Assembly: GCA_963695875.1 (NCBI GenBank)
Contig: CAVOID010000011.1
Span: 128,001 to 192,000, forward strand
DNA from: an uncultured delta proteobacterium
Lineage (GTDB): Bacteria > Desulfobacterota > Syntrophia > Syntrophales > UBA2185
Direction of reading: 5' to 3'
DNA: 64,000 nt
Every line of letters begins with the position of its first letter. Positions within the stretch are counted from its first letter, which is position 1. The notes below the pieces were generated by a model. The model searched no databases and was not told where the DNA came from. It saw only the letters and a program-made list of their open reading frames with translations. The position numbers and the translations under genes are program-made. This document shows, one piece after another, positions 43,141 to 52,113 of this stretch.

Positions 43141-44010
43141 ATGCTTTACAGCAAACCCCTTACAGAGGTCATCAGGCAGCGCTTTTCCTGCCGGACATAT
43201 TTTGAAAAGCCCATAGAAGAATATAAGAGGCAAAGGCTGACCGAGTTCATAACAGCGACCGGGACGGGGCCGCTTGGCACACCCGTGCGCATTAAACTTG
43301 TCGCCGCAACAGAACAGGATCGAAGCTCTCTGAAAGGCCTGGGGACATACGGAATTATCAGAGGTGCAACGGGGTTTATCATAGGGGCAGTGAGGCAGTC
43401 CAAAAATAACCTGGAAGACTATGGCTATTTGATGGAACGTATTATTCTGTATGCGACAGATATCGGACTGGGCACGTGTTGGCTCGGAGGAACTTTCACC
43501 AGGAGCCGCTTTGCAAAGAAGATTTCAGCGGCGGGTGGAGAGACTGTCCCTGCTGTAGCATCCATAGGGTACATTGCAGAAGGGGGCCGATCCGTGATCA
43601 CAATGCGTAAGCTTGTGGGTGCACACAACCGGCAGCCCTGGGAGAACATGTTCTTCCGGGATAAATTCGGCAAGCCTCTTTCTACTGACGATGCAGGGGC
43701 GTATGCAGTCCCACTCGAAATGGTGCGCATAGGGCCATCGGCGACAAACAAGCAGCCGTGGCGAATCATCAAGGATGGGAATACCTGGCACTTTTACCTG
43801 CAGCGAACCAAAGGGTACGGCAACAGCTTCACCTTCAAACTCTTGCGATTGGCCGATTTGCAGCGTGTGGACATGGGGATTGCCATGAGTCACTTTGAGC
43901 TCACGGCCAATGAGACCGGCCTTAAAGGCAAATGGAACGTCAGGGAACCACAGGTCAAAAAGCCGGACAGTCTGACTGAATATATCGTAAGCTGGGTAGG
44001 CAAAGGATAA
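43141..44010 (+). CDS. Nitroreductase family protein (tandem domains)
   Basis: RFSCRTY, GLGTCWLGG, GPSATNKQPW, DMGIAMSHF. Confidence 0.88.
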   Translation: MLYSKPLTEVIRQRFSCRTYFEKPIEEYKRQRLTEFITATGTGPLGTPVRIKLVAATEQDRSSLKGLGTYGIIRGATGFIIGAVRQSKNNLEDYGYLMERIILYATDIGLGTCWLGGTFTRSRFAKKISAAGGETVPAVASIGYIAEGGRSVITMRKLVGAHNRQPWENMFFRDKFGKPLSTDDAGAYAVPLEMVRIGPSATNKQPWRIIKDGNTWHFYLQRTKGYGNSFTFKLLRLADLQRVDMGIAMSHFELTANETGLKGKWNVREPQVKKPDSLTEYIVSWVGKG

Positions 44011-44038
44011 AATAGGGACATCCGTCCCTATTTTATCC
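44005..44038. terminator. Bidirectional terminator between convergent genes
   Basis: Perfect 15-bp inverted repeat ggataaaatagggac/gtccctattttatcc. Confidence 0.8.
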
Positions 44039-44068
44039 CGTGTGCAGCGTCTTTTCTCTAACTCGTGT

Positions 44069-44572
44069 TTAGAATCGGATTTCCCCATCGCTGCATAATT
44101 TGGGGTCTGTGCTTTCCGGTGGTTCCTCTCCGGTAGGCACCACGGTCAATACCGGGCACGTGGCAAATTTCACCACCCGGTCAGCGGTACTGCCGAGGAC
44201 CACTTTCGCGCCGGCTTCTTTCCGGCTATTTGTTGCGATAACGATTAACCCTATATTATTTTCCTCTTGAAATTTCACAATCTCTTCAGAGGGCTCTCCC
44301 GTTAACAAACGGTATTCGACATTCTTGTAGCCGCCAAGTCCTAACGTGCAGCAGCTTTGCAGCTCCTGCTTGGACTTCTCTTCCATGGTCTTTTTGAGCT
44401 CGGTTAGATTAACTTTCGGGGCATACCATCTAGTTAGTTTCCCCACGTCCTGTATTACGTGGACCACATATAATTTTGTTCCATACCGCGAGGCCAGGTC
44501 CGCGGCATATGCTGCTGCATGCTTAGAACCTGTTAAAAAATCTGTCGCAAAGAGAATATTCTTGATTTCCAT
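44069..44572 (-). CDS. Universal stress protein
   Basis: NILFATDF, VVHVI, LGSTADRVV, CPVLTV. Confidence 0.92.
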   Translation of the reverse strand: MEIKNILFATDFLTGSKHAAAYAADLASRYGTKLYVVHVIQDVGKLTRWYAPKVNLTELKKTMEEKSKQELQSCCTLGLGGYKNVEYRLLTGEPSEEIVKFQEENNIGLIVIATNSRKEAGAKVVLGSTADRVVKFATCPVLTVVPTGEEPPESTDPKLCSDGEIRF

Positions 44573-44601
44573 AACACCTCCTTGTTGTTAGTATTCCATT
44601 C

Positions 44602-46413
44602 TTATTCTTCTACGACCTCGAGAACAAGATCACCGTATGGATCTTTAACCGGTATCCGGATCTGAAGAAGATCAAAACAACGCTTAGCTGCTGCAACAAA
44701 TATTATCAGAACCAATACCATGACGATGACCGAGAGAGTAGCAAGGAGATAATTTTGCTTCGGAAGATAATTGAGTGTGATATTCAGGTATCCGGCATAC
44801 AAAGTCGTAACGGCCATGATAATACCGGGAACGGCGGTCATCCAGACATACTTCAATTTCCCCATCCTGATCAGCATGATTGTTCCGATGATCAGGGCGC
44901 AGGAGGCGAGGAGCTGGTTGCTCATGCCGAACAGCGGCCAGATCGTCGTGATGTCTCCGGTATACACGAGATAACCCCAGGCGCCTGTGAAAAGGAAACT
45001 GGTTATGATGATGCCCGGCATCCAGCGTTTTTCCAAAAACTTCGGAATGACCTTCCCGACCATTTCCTGGAGGAAAAACCTGCCGACTCTTGTGCCCGTG
45101 TCTACAGCGGTCAAAATAAACACTGCTTCAAACATTATGGCGAAGTGGTACCAGTACGACATTAATCCCTTCATGAAAGGGACAGATGCAAAGATATACG
45201 CCATGCCCACGGCAAGGGAGACCGCGCCGCCCGGCCGGCCCTGAATCTTTTCCTGGACCTGAAAGGCAAGATCCGGAAGGTTAACCGGAACCATGCCCAG
45301 TTTCTGGTAAGCTGCCGGAGCCGCGTTGATGGCGAAATAATCTGCGGGAAGTAGAACACAGGCGGAAACGAGGGCCATGATGGCCACAAATCCTTCAACG
45401 AGCATCGCTCCGTAGCCGATAAATAGAACATCCCGTTCACTTCCGATCATCTTCGGGGTTGTTCCTGATCCAATGATCGCGTGGAAGCCGGATAGTGCAC
45501 CGCAGGCGATGGTGATCATGACAAAGGGATACACCGGGCCGGGAATTATCGGGCCGCCGCCATAAATAAAGGGTGTAAGAGCAGCCATCTGGAAATCAGG
45601 ACGGACAATGAAAATTCCTATGGCAAGCATCGCGATGGTCCCTATTTTAAGGTACGTAGAGAGATAATCACGGGGGCATAGCAGCATCCAGACGGGAAGG
45701 ACCGAAGCAAGGAATCCGTATATGGGTATAAAAACGGATATCTGTTTTTTCGAGAGGGTGAATATCGGAGACCAGGTGGGACTTGCCGCGACATATGGTC
45801 CGACAATGATCGCTATGGCAAGAAGGCCAACACCTATAATGCTCCCCCCCTTAACGTCTCCGGGGCGTATTTTATACATCCAAATACCCATCAGAAAGGC
45901 GATCGGCAGTGTGGAAAAAACAGTAAAAGTTCCCCAGGCGCTTTCAAACATGGCATTGACGACTGCGATGGAAAGGCCGGCGAGGGTCAAGATGAGGATA
46001 AAAAGAAACGCAAAGGAAGCGACCGTTCCCGCGGTTTTTCCAATCTCACTTTCCGCAATTTTCGCGAGACTCTGTCCCTTATGTCTGACGGAAGCAAAGA
46101 GCACAACCATGTCATGCACTGCTCCTGCCAGAACGCAACCTATAATGATCCACAGCGCCCCCGGCAAAAAGCCAAACTGTGCGGCCAGCACCGGGCCCAG
46201 CAGTGGCCCCGCAGCAGCGATTGCGGCAAAGTGATGACCAAATAAGACATACTTGTTGGTTTTGACATAATCGTGACCATCGGCCATTTTAACGGCAGGT
46301 GTCGCCCGTTCCGCTTTCAATTCCAACACCTTGTTGGCGATGAAAAGGCCGTAAAACCTGTACGCGATCGCAAAAACGCACAATGAAACAAACACTAACG
46401 TTAACGCGTTCAT
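44602..46413 (-). CDS. cstA: Carbon starvation protein A family transporter (CstA/BtsT-like)
   Basis: VLFGHHFAAIAAAGPLLGP, PRDYLS, IACGALSGFH, DTGTRVGR, WPLFGMSNQLLA. Confidence 0.95.
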   Translation of the reverse strand: MNALTLVFVSLCVFAIAYRFYGLFIANKVLELKAERATPAVKMADGHDYVKTNKYVLFGHHFAAIAAAGPLLGPVLAAQFGFLPGALWIIIGCVLAGAVHDMVVLFASVRHKGQSLAKIAESEIGKTAGTVASFAFLFILILTLAGLSIAVVNAMFESAWGTFTVFSTLPIAFLMGIWMYKIRPGDVKGGSIIGVGLLAIAIIVGPYVAASPTWSPIFTLSKKQISVFIPIYGFLASVLPVWMLLCPRDYLSTYLKIGTIAMLAIGIFIVRPDFQMAALTPFIYGGGPIIPGPVYPFVMITIACGALSGFHAIIGSGTTPKMIGSERDVLFIGYGAMLVEGFVAIMALVSACVLLPADYFAINAAPAAYQKLGMVPVNLPDLAFQVQEKIQGRPGGAVSLAVGMAYIFASVPFMKGLMSYWYHFAIMFEAVFILTAVDTGTRVGRFFLQEMVGKVIPKFLEKRWMPGIIITSFLFTGAWGYLVYTGDITTIWPLFGMSNQLLASCALIIGTIMLIRMGKLKYVWMTAVPGIIMAVTTLYAGYLNITLNYLPKQNYLLATLSVIVMVLVLIIFVAAAKRCFDLLQIRIPVKDPYGDLVLEVVEE

Positions 46414-46536
46414 TTAAGACCTCCTGACTCAATGTTTCAAAAAATTTGGTTTTAAAAATAAATTAAGTATGAATATAAACCTGTCAAGCGCGAATTAGTA
46501 TACCTTTTTATGAGATTATGCGCAACGGCGGACTTT

Positions 46537-46585
46537 CAAGCGGTCGAATAATGTTTTGAGCGGTTGATAACTAGGGTTAACCGGT
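46537..46585 (-). promoter_or_regulatory. BtsR(YehT)-type LytTR direct-repeat boxes upstream of cstA
   Basis: Minus strand ACCGGTTA-N13-ACCGCTCA-N12-ACCGCTTG versus the E. coli motif ACC(G/A)CT(C/T)A-N13. Confidence 0.7.
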
Positions 46586-46727
46586 TGGAGAAATATCTTA
46601 AGGTGTCCCTGCTCATTCTCTGTTTTTCGCATGCGAATATTCTTTCATGGATGACAAAGAAAATTCTTATAATGCACAAGACTGAGCGCCGCCACCTTAA
46701 CTTATATCAAGAGAGGCGCCAATGAGA

Positions 46728-47429
46728 TTATTGAAGTTCCAGGACTCTCCTGACTTCGCTTCCAGCCTTTGAGAATTCTTCCTGAAAATTGGGGTTTTGC
46801 ATCATGATTGCCGCAATGACCGTCCCGGAGATACGTCCTGCTTCGATATCACTTCGATAATGCACCCCACCTACCATGCGATGATAGCTGTATTGGGCTG
46901 CCCGGGCAAATATTTCTGCCTTTTTTTCAGGGACCATGTTTGCCAGAACAATTCCGCTTAAGTATCCATAGGTTGCATGTCCACTGGGATATGCCCCGCT
47001 CCTGGATTGCCTTACACAGGGCTTGATTTTCTGGCTGAGCATAAACGGGCGAGGCCTGTTCCAGGTATCCTTTGCGAGACTAACAATAGAGCCTTCATCC
47101 TGTCCCAGACGTTCGAAAAATTTTGCCGCAACCGGCAGATTCTCCGGTCTGAATCCGGGTCCCAGAACATCACCGGCGACCTGAAAGATCGTCATTTTGA
47201 CATCATCGTTAGCGGCGGCCTCCTCCTGACATGTACGTTTCTCCTGTATCCGGATGAGTTCTTGAATTTCGGCCTGCGTCTGAGGTGAATCATTTGCTGG
47301 GGAAGGTGCGAGTATCTTTACGAGATCCACCTGGTCCGGTGAAATGAAATTACCTCTTTCCGCCAGTGCTGGAGAGAACAAAAATCCGAACAAGACGGCA
47401 ATGACTAGAATTGGCTTGAAACGTCTCAT
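46728..47429 (-). CDS. Class A acid phosphatase (PAP2 family), secreted
   Basis: K.TWNRPRP, YPSGHA, RMVGGVHYRSD. Confidence 0.9.
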   Translation of the reverse strand: MRRFKPILVIAVLFGFLFSPALAERGNFISPDQVDLVKILAPSPANDSPQTQAEIQELIRIQEKRTCQEEAAANDDVKMTIFQVAGDVLGPGFRPENLPVAAKFFERLGQDEGSIVSLAKDTWNRPRPFMLSQKIKPCVRQSRSGAYPSGHATYGYLSGIVLANMVPEKKAEIFARAAQYSYHRMVGGVHYRSDIEAGRISGTVIAAIMMQNPNFQEEFSKAGSEVRRVLELQ

Positions 47430-47527
47430 GGGCTTTTCTCCTTAAAAATACCTCTAAGCGCCTCAGAAATGCAAACCCGCTCAGTACTTCAATTTTTTCA
47501 GGGTTTTTTCTATGAATAATCCGTGGA

Positions 47528-48298
47528 CTAAATCACCTTCGCCTCTTCTCTAAGCAGTCTAGCAAGCTCTCTGACCTTGGTCGCCGGGTCATCACCGCCG
47601 ACAATCTTTCCCGGAGACCTGACCGGAGGAGGCGATGTCTTAGTGACTTTCGCTTTCACTTCTATAGAAATTCCTAATCCTGCGGCGTTCTTGACATCAA
47701 CGGGCTTCTTCCTGGCTTTAAGAATTCCCGGAAGTGACGCATAGCGCGGTTCATTCAACCCCTTCTGGGTTGTTACCAAACACGGCAAGGAACTCTCTAT
47801 AAGAAGCTGGGCGCCTTCGATGGGCCTTATCACCTTGATGGAATTGCCTTCCACATCGACCTTTGTAACAACCGTCATCTGTGGGATACCCAAAAGCTCG
47901 GCAAGGACCGCTCCGACCTGACCGGAGTCGTCATCAATGGCCCGCTGCCCGCATAAGATGATATCGTAGGGGATAGATTTAATGGCAGCGGCCAAAGCTG
48001 CTGCCGTCACGTAAGCATCTGCATTATCAAAGACCGGGTCATTGATAAATATCCCTCTATCGGCTCCCATGGCCAGTGCTATTCTGACGGTCTCCAGTGA
48101 CCTTGCCGGACCCAGTGAAACGATCGTGACTTCTCCACCAAATTTTTCTTTCAGTCTCAAGGCTTCTTCAACACCGAACTCGTCATAGGGATTCATAACC
48201 CATTCAATACCGGCTTGCTCGATCCCCGATCCGTCAGGCTTCACCTTGATCGTAGTATCGGTGTTCGGGACCTGTTTTACACAAACAATAATATTCAC
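47528..48298 (-). CDS. etfB: Electron transfer flavoprotein beta subunit
   Basis: IVCVKQVP, NPYDEFGVEEAL, ALAMGAD, GQRAIDDDSGQV, NEPRYASL. Confidence 0.95.
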   Translation of the reverse strand: MNIIVCVKQVPNTDTTIKVKPDGSGIEQAGIEWVMNPYDEFGVEEALRLKEKFGGEVTIVSLGPARSLETVRIALAMGADRGIFINDPVFDNADAYVTAAALAAAIKSIPYDIILCGQRAIDDDSGQVGAVLAELLGIPQMTVVTKVDVEGNSIKVIRPIEGAQLLIESSLPCLVTTQKGLNEPRYASLPGILKARKKPVDVKNAAGLGISIEVKAKVTKTSPPPVRSPGKIVGGDDPATKVRELARLLREEAKVI

Positions 48299-48460
48299 AT
48301 CTTTCTCCTTCCTAATCTAGAAAAAACCGACAAGGCATTGCATACAACATTATGCAGCCTTATGCTTCCAAAATCATTCTCTCCCGCGCTTAAATATGCA
48401 TCTGAAATATGGCACGGAGTTGAAAAATTATTCCATCTCAAGCATTTAAAAAAGTACGTC

Positions 48461-50173
48461 TCACGGCGAACTGAAATGTGCCCCTTTTGGTTCACCCAAA
48501 TAAATCTTCACTTTATCCCTTATCCAGTCCGGCAGCTTGATCCCCAGGGAAGACAGTCGCTGCTCGTATTTCATGAACGATCCTATGTGCCGGGAGGTCG
48601 CAGCAATTATTTTAAAAAATGCCTGGAGGCTCCCCTCAACTTCCTTGCGGAACGTCATATCCCTGTTAAGCATATCTTCTGTCGGTGCGATTGCCCGGTA
48701 GTTTATGGGACGGCATATAGACCTGTAAAACACGAAACGCAGTAAAGAATCACTCTCGTAATTTTTCTCCCTTATGCCGTCTTCAACACGGTTAAGATCC
48801 ACATAGTCGAGGATGTGGTAGGCATATTTATCCTTGAGTATCTCCCTGATCATCTCCTCGGCATTTGTCAGATAAGTGCAAGCCTCGCTCCCGCCGACAC
48901 ATTTTCCGCGGCACACCAAGCGGTTGTCTTCACACCGCAAGTAGAGTACCATGTCAATGTCCGACCCCGACATGGATATGCCGAAATTCACAGAACCCAT
49001 AACATCCATGGCAATATCGGCGTGAAGTTTATCTTCGATCAGATCAGTTACATCTTCCAGAACGTGAAGCCTTTCCTCCGTTTCCGGAGTCTGGAACGAC
49101 CTGTAAAACTTTTTAATCTCGTTGTACAACGTAATTTCAGGGATGTGTGATTCTTTGGCAACTTTTAGATCATAGCTCTTCCCTTTCTTCAGCGCATCGT
49201 ATCTGTCGGGGTCCAGGATTTTTTCAACCAGCTTGCCCTCCTTGATAGAATAGTCGGCTACATCATAAATTCTCCCGTCATAGAATTTCTTGAATATTAT
49301 TCCCTGAACCTTCTGATCCTCGACACTGATGAAATAATAGAATCCTCCCTCTGTTACATCCCCCGATATCAATGTTATCTCTCCGAAATTCGACGGGTTA
49401 AGGAACAGGGTGCCTTCGTCAAGCTTGGCCCCCCAGTGTCGATGGACATGGCCTGTAAGACACATCAATACTGAGTTATCTTCACAGTAAGTTCTAAGCG
49501 CCATAGATCCGATAGGGCCGCCTGAAGTCAATTGATCATGTATTCCGTATGCGGGCTGATGTGTTACGATGATATGAGGATCTATGGCACGGAAGAAGTG
49601 GTACATCTCGTTGTCCCTGTCATGATGCCTCGTCCTTTCCTGCGAGTGAACGACATATCTCTCGGGTATTCCAGGCGTCCAGATATCAGCACCCCCATAG
49701 CCGCAAATTCGTAAATCCTCCACCTGATACCAGTGCAGATGCAGGTCCTGTTCATGCAAAGCCGTATATTTAAGATCCATGTCGTAATTCCCGGGAAGAC
49801 AGAATACGCGTGACCGCTGTTTCGTCACTACCATGCTGCCCAGTACCCTGTACTTCTGCTGCATGACCCTGCGGGCCCTGACCGTGTAAGCCTGGTATTG
49901 AGTCCCCAGTCCCTGTATCTCATCGGAAACGTCGGGCTTTTCCAAAAGCTCATCGACAAAATCTTCAATAAGCATATCTTCCTTCAACATCTGCCTCCTT
50001 AAGCCATGGAAATACGATTGCAGCTCGTGGTATCGTATTGAGGTATTCATGCTGTAGAAGGGGATATCTATCAGATCACCGGAAATGATATACACGTCGG
50101 CAAATGTTTCGTGCAGGAGATCATTCAACTTGTCGAAGTCTCCGTGGATATCAGCCAGATAAATGATTCTCAT
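48461..50173 (-). CDS. Calcineurin-like metallophosphoesterase fused to a C-terminal nucleotidyltransferase-like domain
   Basis: DIHG, GDLID, GNYD, THQP, GHVH; C-terminal GSVNFG...SDIDMVL. Confidence 0.8.
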   Translation of the reverse strand: MRIIYLADIHGDFDKLNDLLHETFADVYIISGDLIDIPFYSMNTSIRYHELQSYFHGLRRQMLKEDMLIEDFVDELLEKPDVSDEIQGLGTQYQAYTVRARRVMQQKYRVLGSMVVTKQRSRVFCLPGNYDMDLKYTALHEQDLHLHWYQVEDLRICGYGGADIWTPGIPERYVVHSQERTRHHDRDNEMYHFFRAIDPHIIVTHQPAYGIHDQLTSGGPIGSMALRTYCEDNSVLMCLTGHVHRHWGAKLDEGTLFLNPSNFGEITLISGDVTEGGFYYFISVEDQKVQGIIFKKFYDGRIYDVADYSIKEGKLVEKILDPDRYDALKKGKSYDLKVAKESHIPEITLYNEIKKFYRSFQTPETEERLHVLEDVTDLIEDKLHADIAMDVMGSVNFGISMSGSDIDMVLYLRCEDNRLVCRGKCVGGSEACTYLTNAEEMIREILKDKYAYHILDYVDLNRVEDGIREKNYESDSLLRFVFYRSICRPINYRAIAPTEDMLNRDMTFRKEVEGSLQAFFKIIAATSRHIGSFMKYEQRLSSLGIKLPDWIRDKVKIYLGEPKGAHFSSP

Positions 50174-50445
50174 AAATTATTTTTCTTCGCTTATCCTTTA
50201 GACATCTCGGTATTTTGATTACAGATTCAAATGTTGCATGGATTGGCTGAACAGAAAAACCGATATTACGGGACGTCATTCTTCGGCGCTGCTTGCTCAA
50301 ATTTTCCTACGCCCACACCATGATAATAAAAGATACCACCCGGACTTGATCAGGAACATGTATAGATTACGATTCGAAACATCATATAAGCCTTTCACGA
50401 TTCGGATGGCTTGCATGCTTCGGGAATCTTATCCAAATCCGGGGA

Positions 50446-50754
50446 TTATGGTTGCCTACCAACGGGATTGCCGGAATCCCACTTTGCACTGAAGTCTCCA
50501 ATAGGCCTTACAAAGGTATATTTACAAGGTGATACCACAAGTGCCTGGGCCGTAGTGCCAACACTCCTGCTGGATACAGCAATGGGTAATGCGACAATGA
50601 ATACTGCCGCGCCGACCACAATGGCAGCCAGACCCGCAGGTCTCACGATCAGCACATCCATGGTTATCTCCATATCCTGATCATGTCCGAAAGCGGGTGC
50701 TGAAGAAATTATGAGAGTGATGGTAATAAGCATCGCTACAGCTATTTTCTTCAT
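50446..50754 (-). CDS. Small secreted/membrane hypothetical protein
   Basis: Signal peptide; DVLIVRPAGL...YTFVRPIG; RBS aggagg. Confidence 0.75.
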   Translation of the reverse strand: MKKIAVAMLITITLIISSAPAFGHDQDMEITMDVLIVRPAGLAAIVVGAAVFIVALPIAVSSRSVGTTAQALVVSPCKYTFVRPIGDFSAKWDSGNPVGRQP

Positions 50755-51164
50755 GGAATTAACCTCCTTGACGATCTTTCGAGGGTTTATTTTAACGCCT
50801 TCCATTTGCATGAAATACAACAATTATTAATCAAACATATCCCCATCTGCTTTTTTACAAATCAGGGATGTTTATTAATATGATACATGTTTATTGAATT
50901 TATTACAATACCGTAAAACTGATAACTCTGCTTTACACCTTCGACGTTCCCTGATAAATAGTTAACCTGCGGATGGCAGCCAATTTCCCCGAAAAATTTG
51001 CAGACTGAAAAATTTAATATATCTATTTGAAATGACGATAATAGATAATATAAACGTCCGGTTCCTATCCTTGGACTGAAATGCCGGCAATTTAGATAAG
51101 AATATTTTTTCTGACATAATATTTATGATATGTTTGGTTTAGTAATAATCTGAGGAGGCCCTGA

Positions 51165-51530
51165 ATGAAACTGCTGGTCGTGGATGACGACCCGGGTATT
51201 GTGGATATACTGTCTATATCGCTCAAGGAATCCGGCTATGAAGTGGATTATGCGCATGACGGGATAGAGGCTGTTGAGCGGCTTCGGAATAATTCATACG
51301 ACGTTGCTATCATAGATGCCATAATGCCTAAAATGAACGGCACGGAAGTCTGCAAATTCGTGAAGTCGCTATCTCCCAATACTTACATCATCGGTATAAG
51401 CGGCTACCCTGACTCCCTGAAAAAGCTTAAGAATGAAGGCGCCGATATCTGCTTCACCAAGCCTTTCAGTATTGAACAAATTAAGAGAGCCATAAAAAAT
51501 AAATTTCATTCATCCCAGCCCGAATCTTGA
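51165..51530 (+). CDS. Single-domain response regulator
   Basis: LLVVDDD, IIDAIMPKMNG, TKPF. Confidence 0.9.
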   Translation: MKLLVVDDDPGIVDILSISLKESGYEVDYAHDGIEAVERLRNNSYDVAIIDAIMPKMNGTEVCKFVKSLSPNTYIIGISGYPDSLKKLKNEGADICFTKPFSIEQIKRAIKNKFHSSQPES

Positions 51531-51667
51531 TTCCCCTGTATTGTACAGATCGGACGGGCTTCCGGGTAGTTTCGCCTTTTCATTTTCTACCCACGCCACG
51601 CGGATCTCGATTACTACCGGATACCTCTCTATAGAATTGTCCGAGCTGTGTCTCGTTTTCATGGTCA

Positions 51668-51976
51668 TTATAGTGGTTCGAGAATGCGAACCTTCAGAAC
51701 TTTCACAGCAGATTTTGTAGCTTCACGATAAGTCCTCATGTGATGAGTCTTGAGATGATCCTTTAGGGCCCGGATATCCGTCCACCGTTCCATAATGGTT
51801 ACAACATTTTGATTCACTGGTTCTTGGACAGGTATATCAGTGACAACATCGGTCGCTGGGCCATATTCAAGACAACCGACTTCGGCGCGTACATCAGGAA
51901 TCACTTTCCCCAATTCCCTTAGATACTCTCCCCGTTTTCCTTCAACCAACTCTACAGTGGCAATCACATAAATCAT
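51668..51976 (-). CDS. Antibiotic biosynthesis monooxygenase family (putative quinol monooxygenase)
   Basis: VRAEVGCLEY, ERW...LKDHLKTHHM. Confidence 0.88.
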   Translation of the reverse strand: MIYVIATVELVEGKRGEYLRELGKVIPDVRAEVGCLEYGPATDVVTDIPVQEPVNQNVVTIMERWTDIRALKDHLKTHHMRTYREATKSAVKVLKVRILEPL

Positions 51977-52113
51977 GATGCCCCTCCTTTCTGAGCTTCA
52001 TTATAGCTCATTCTGTTTAAAATACACCCTGTAAGGTGTCGTCCATCTCGTTTATTCGGAAATATGACTGTCCGAACATGTTTCCTTCAGATGTTTCTTT
52101 ATTGGAGAGTATC

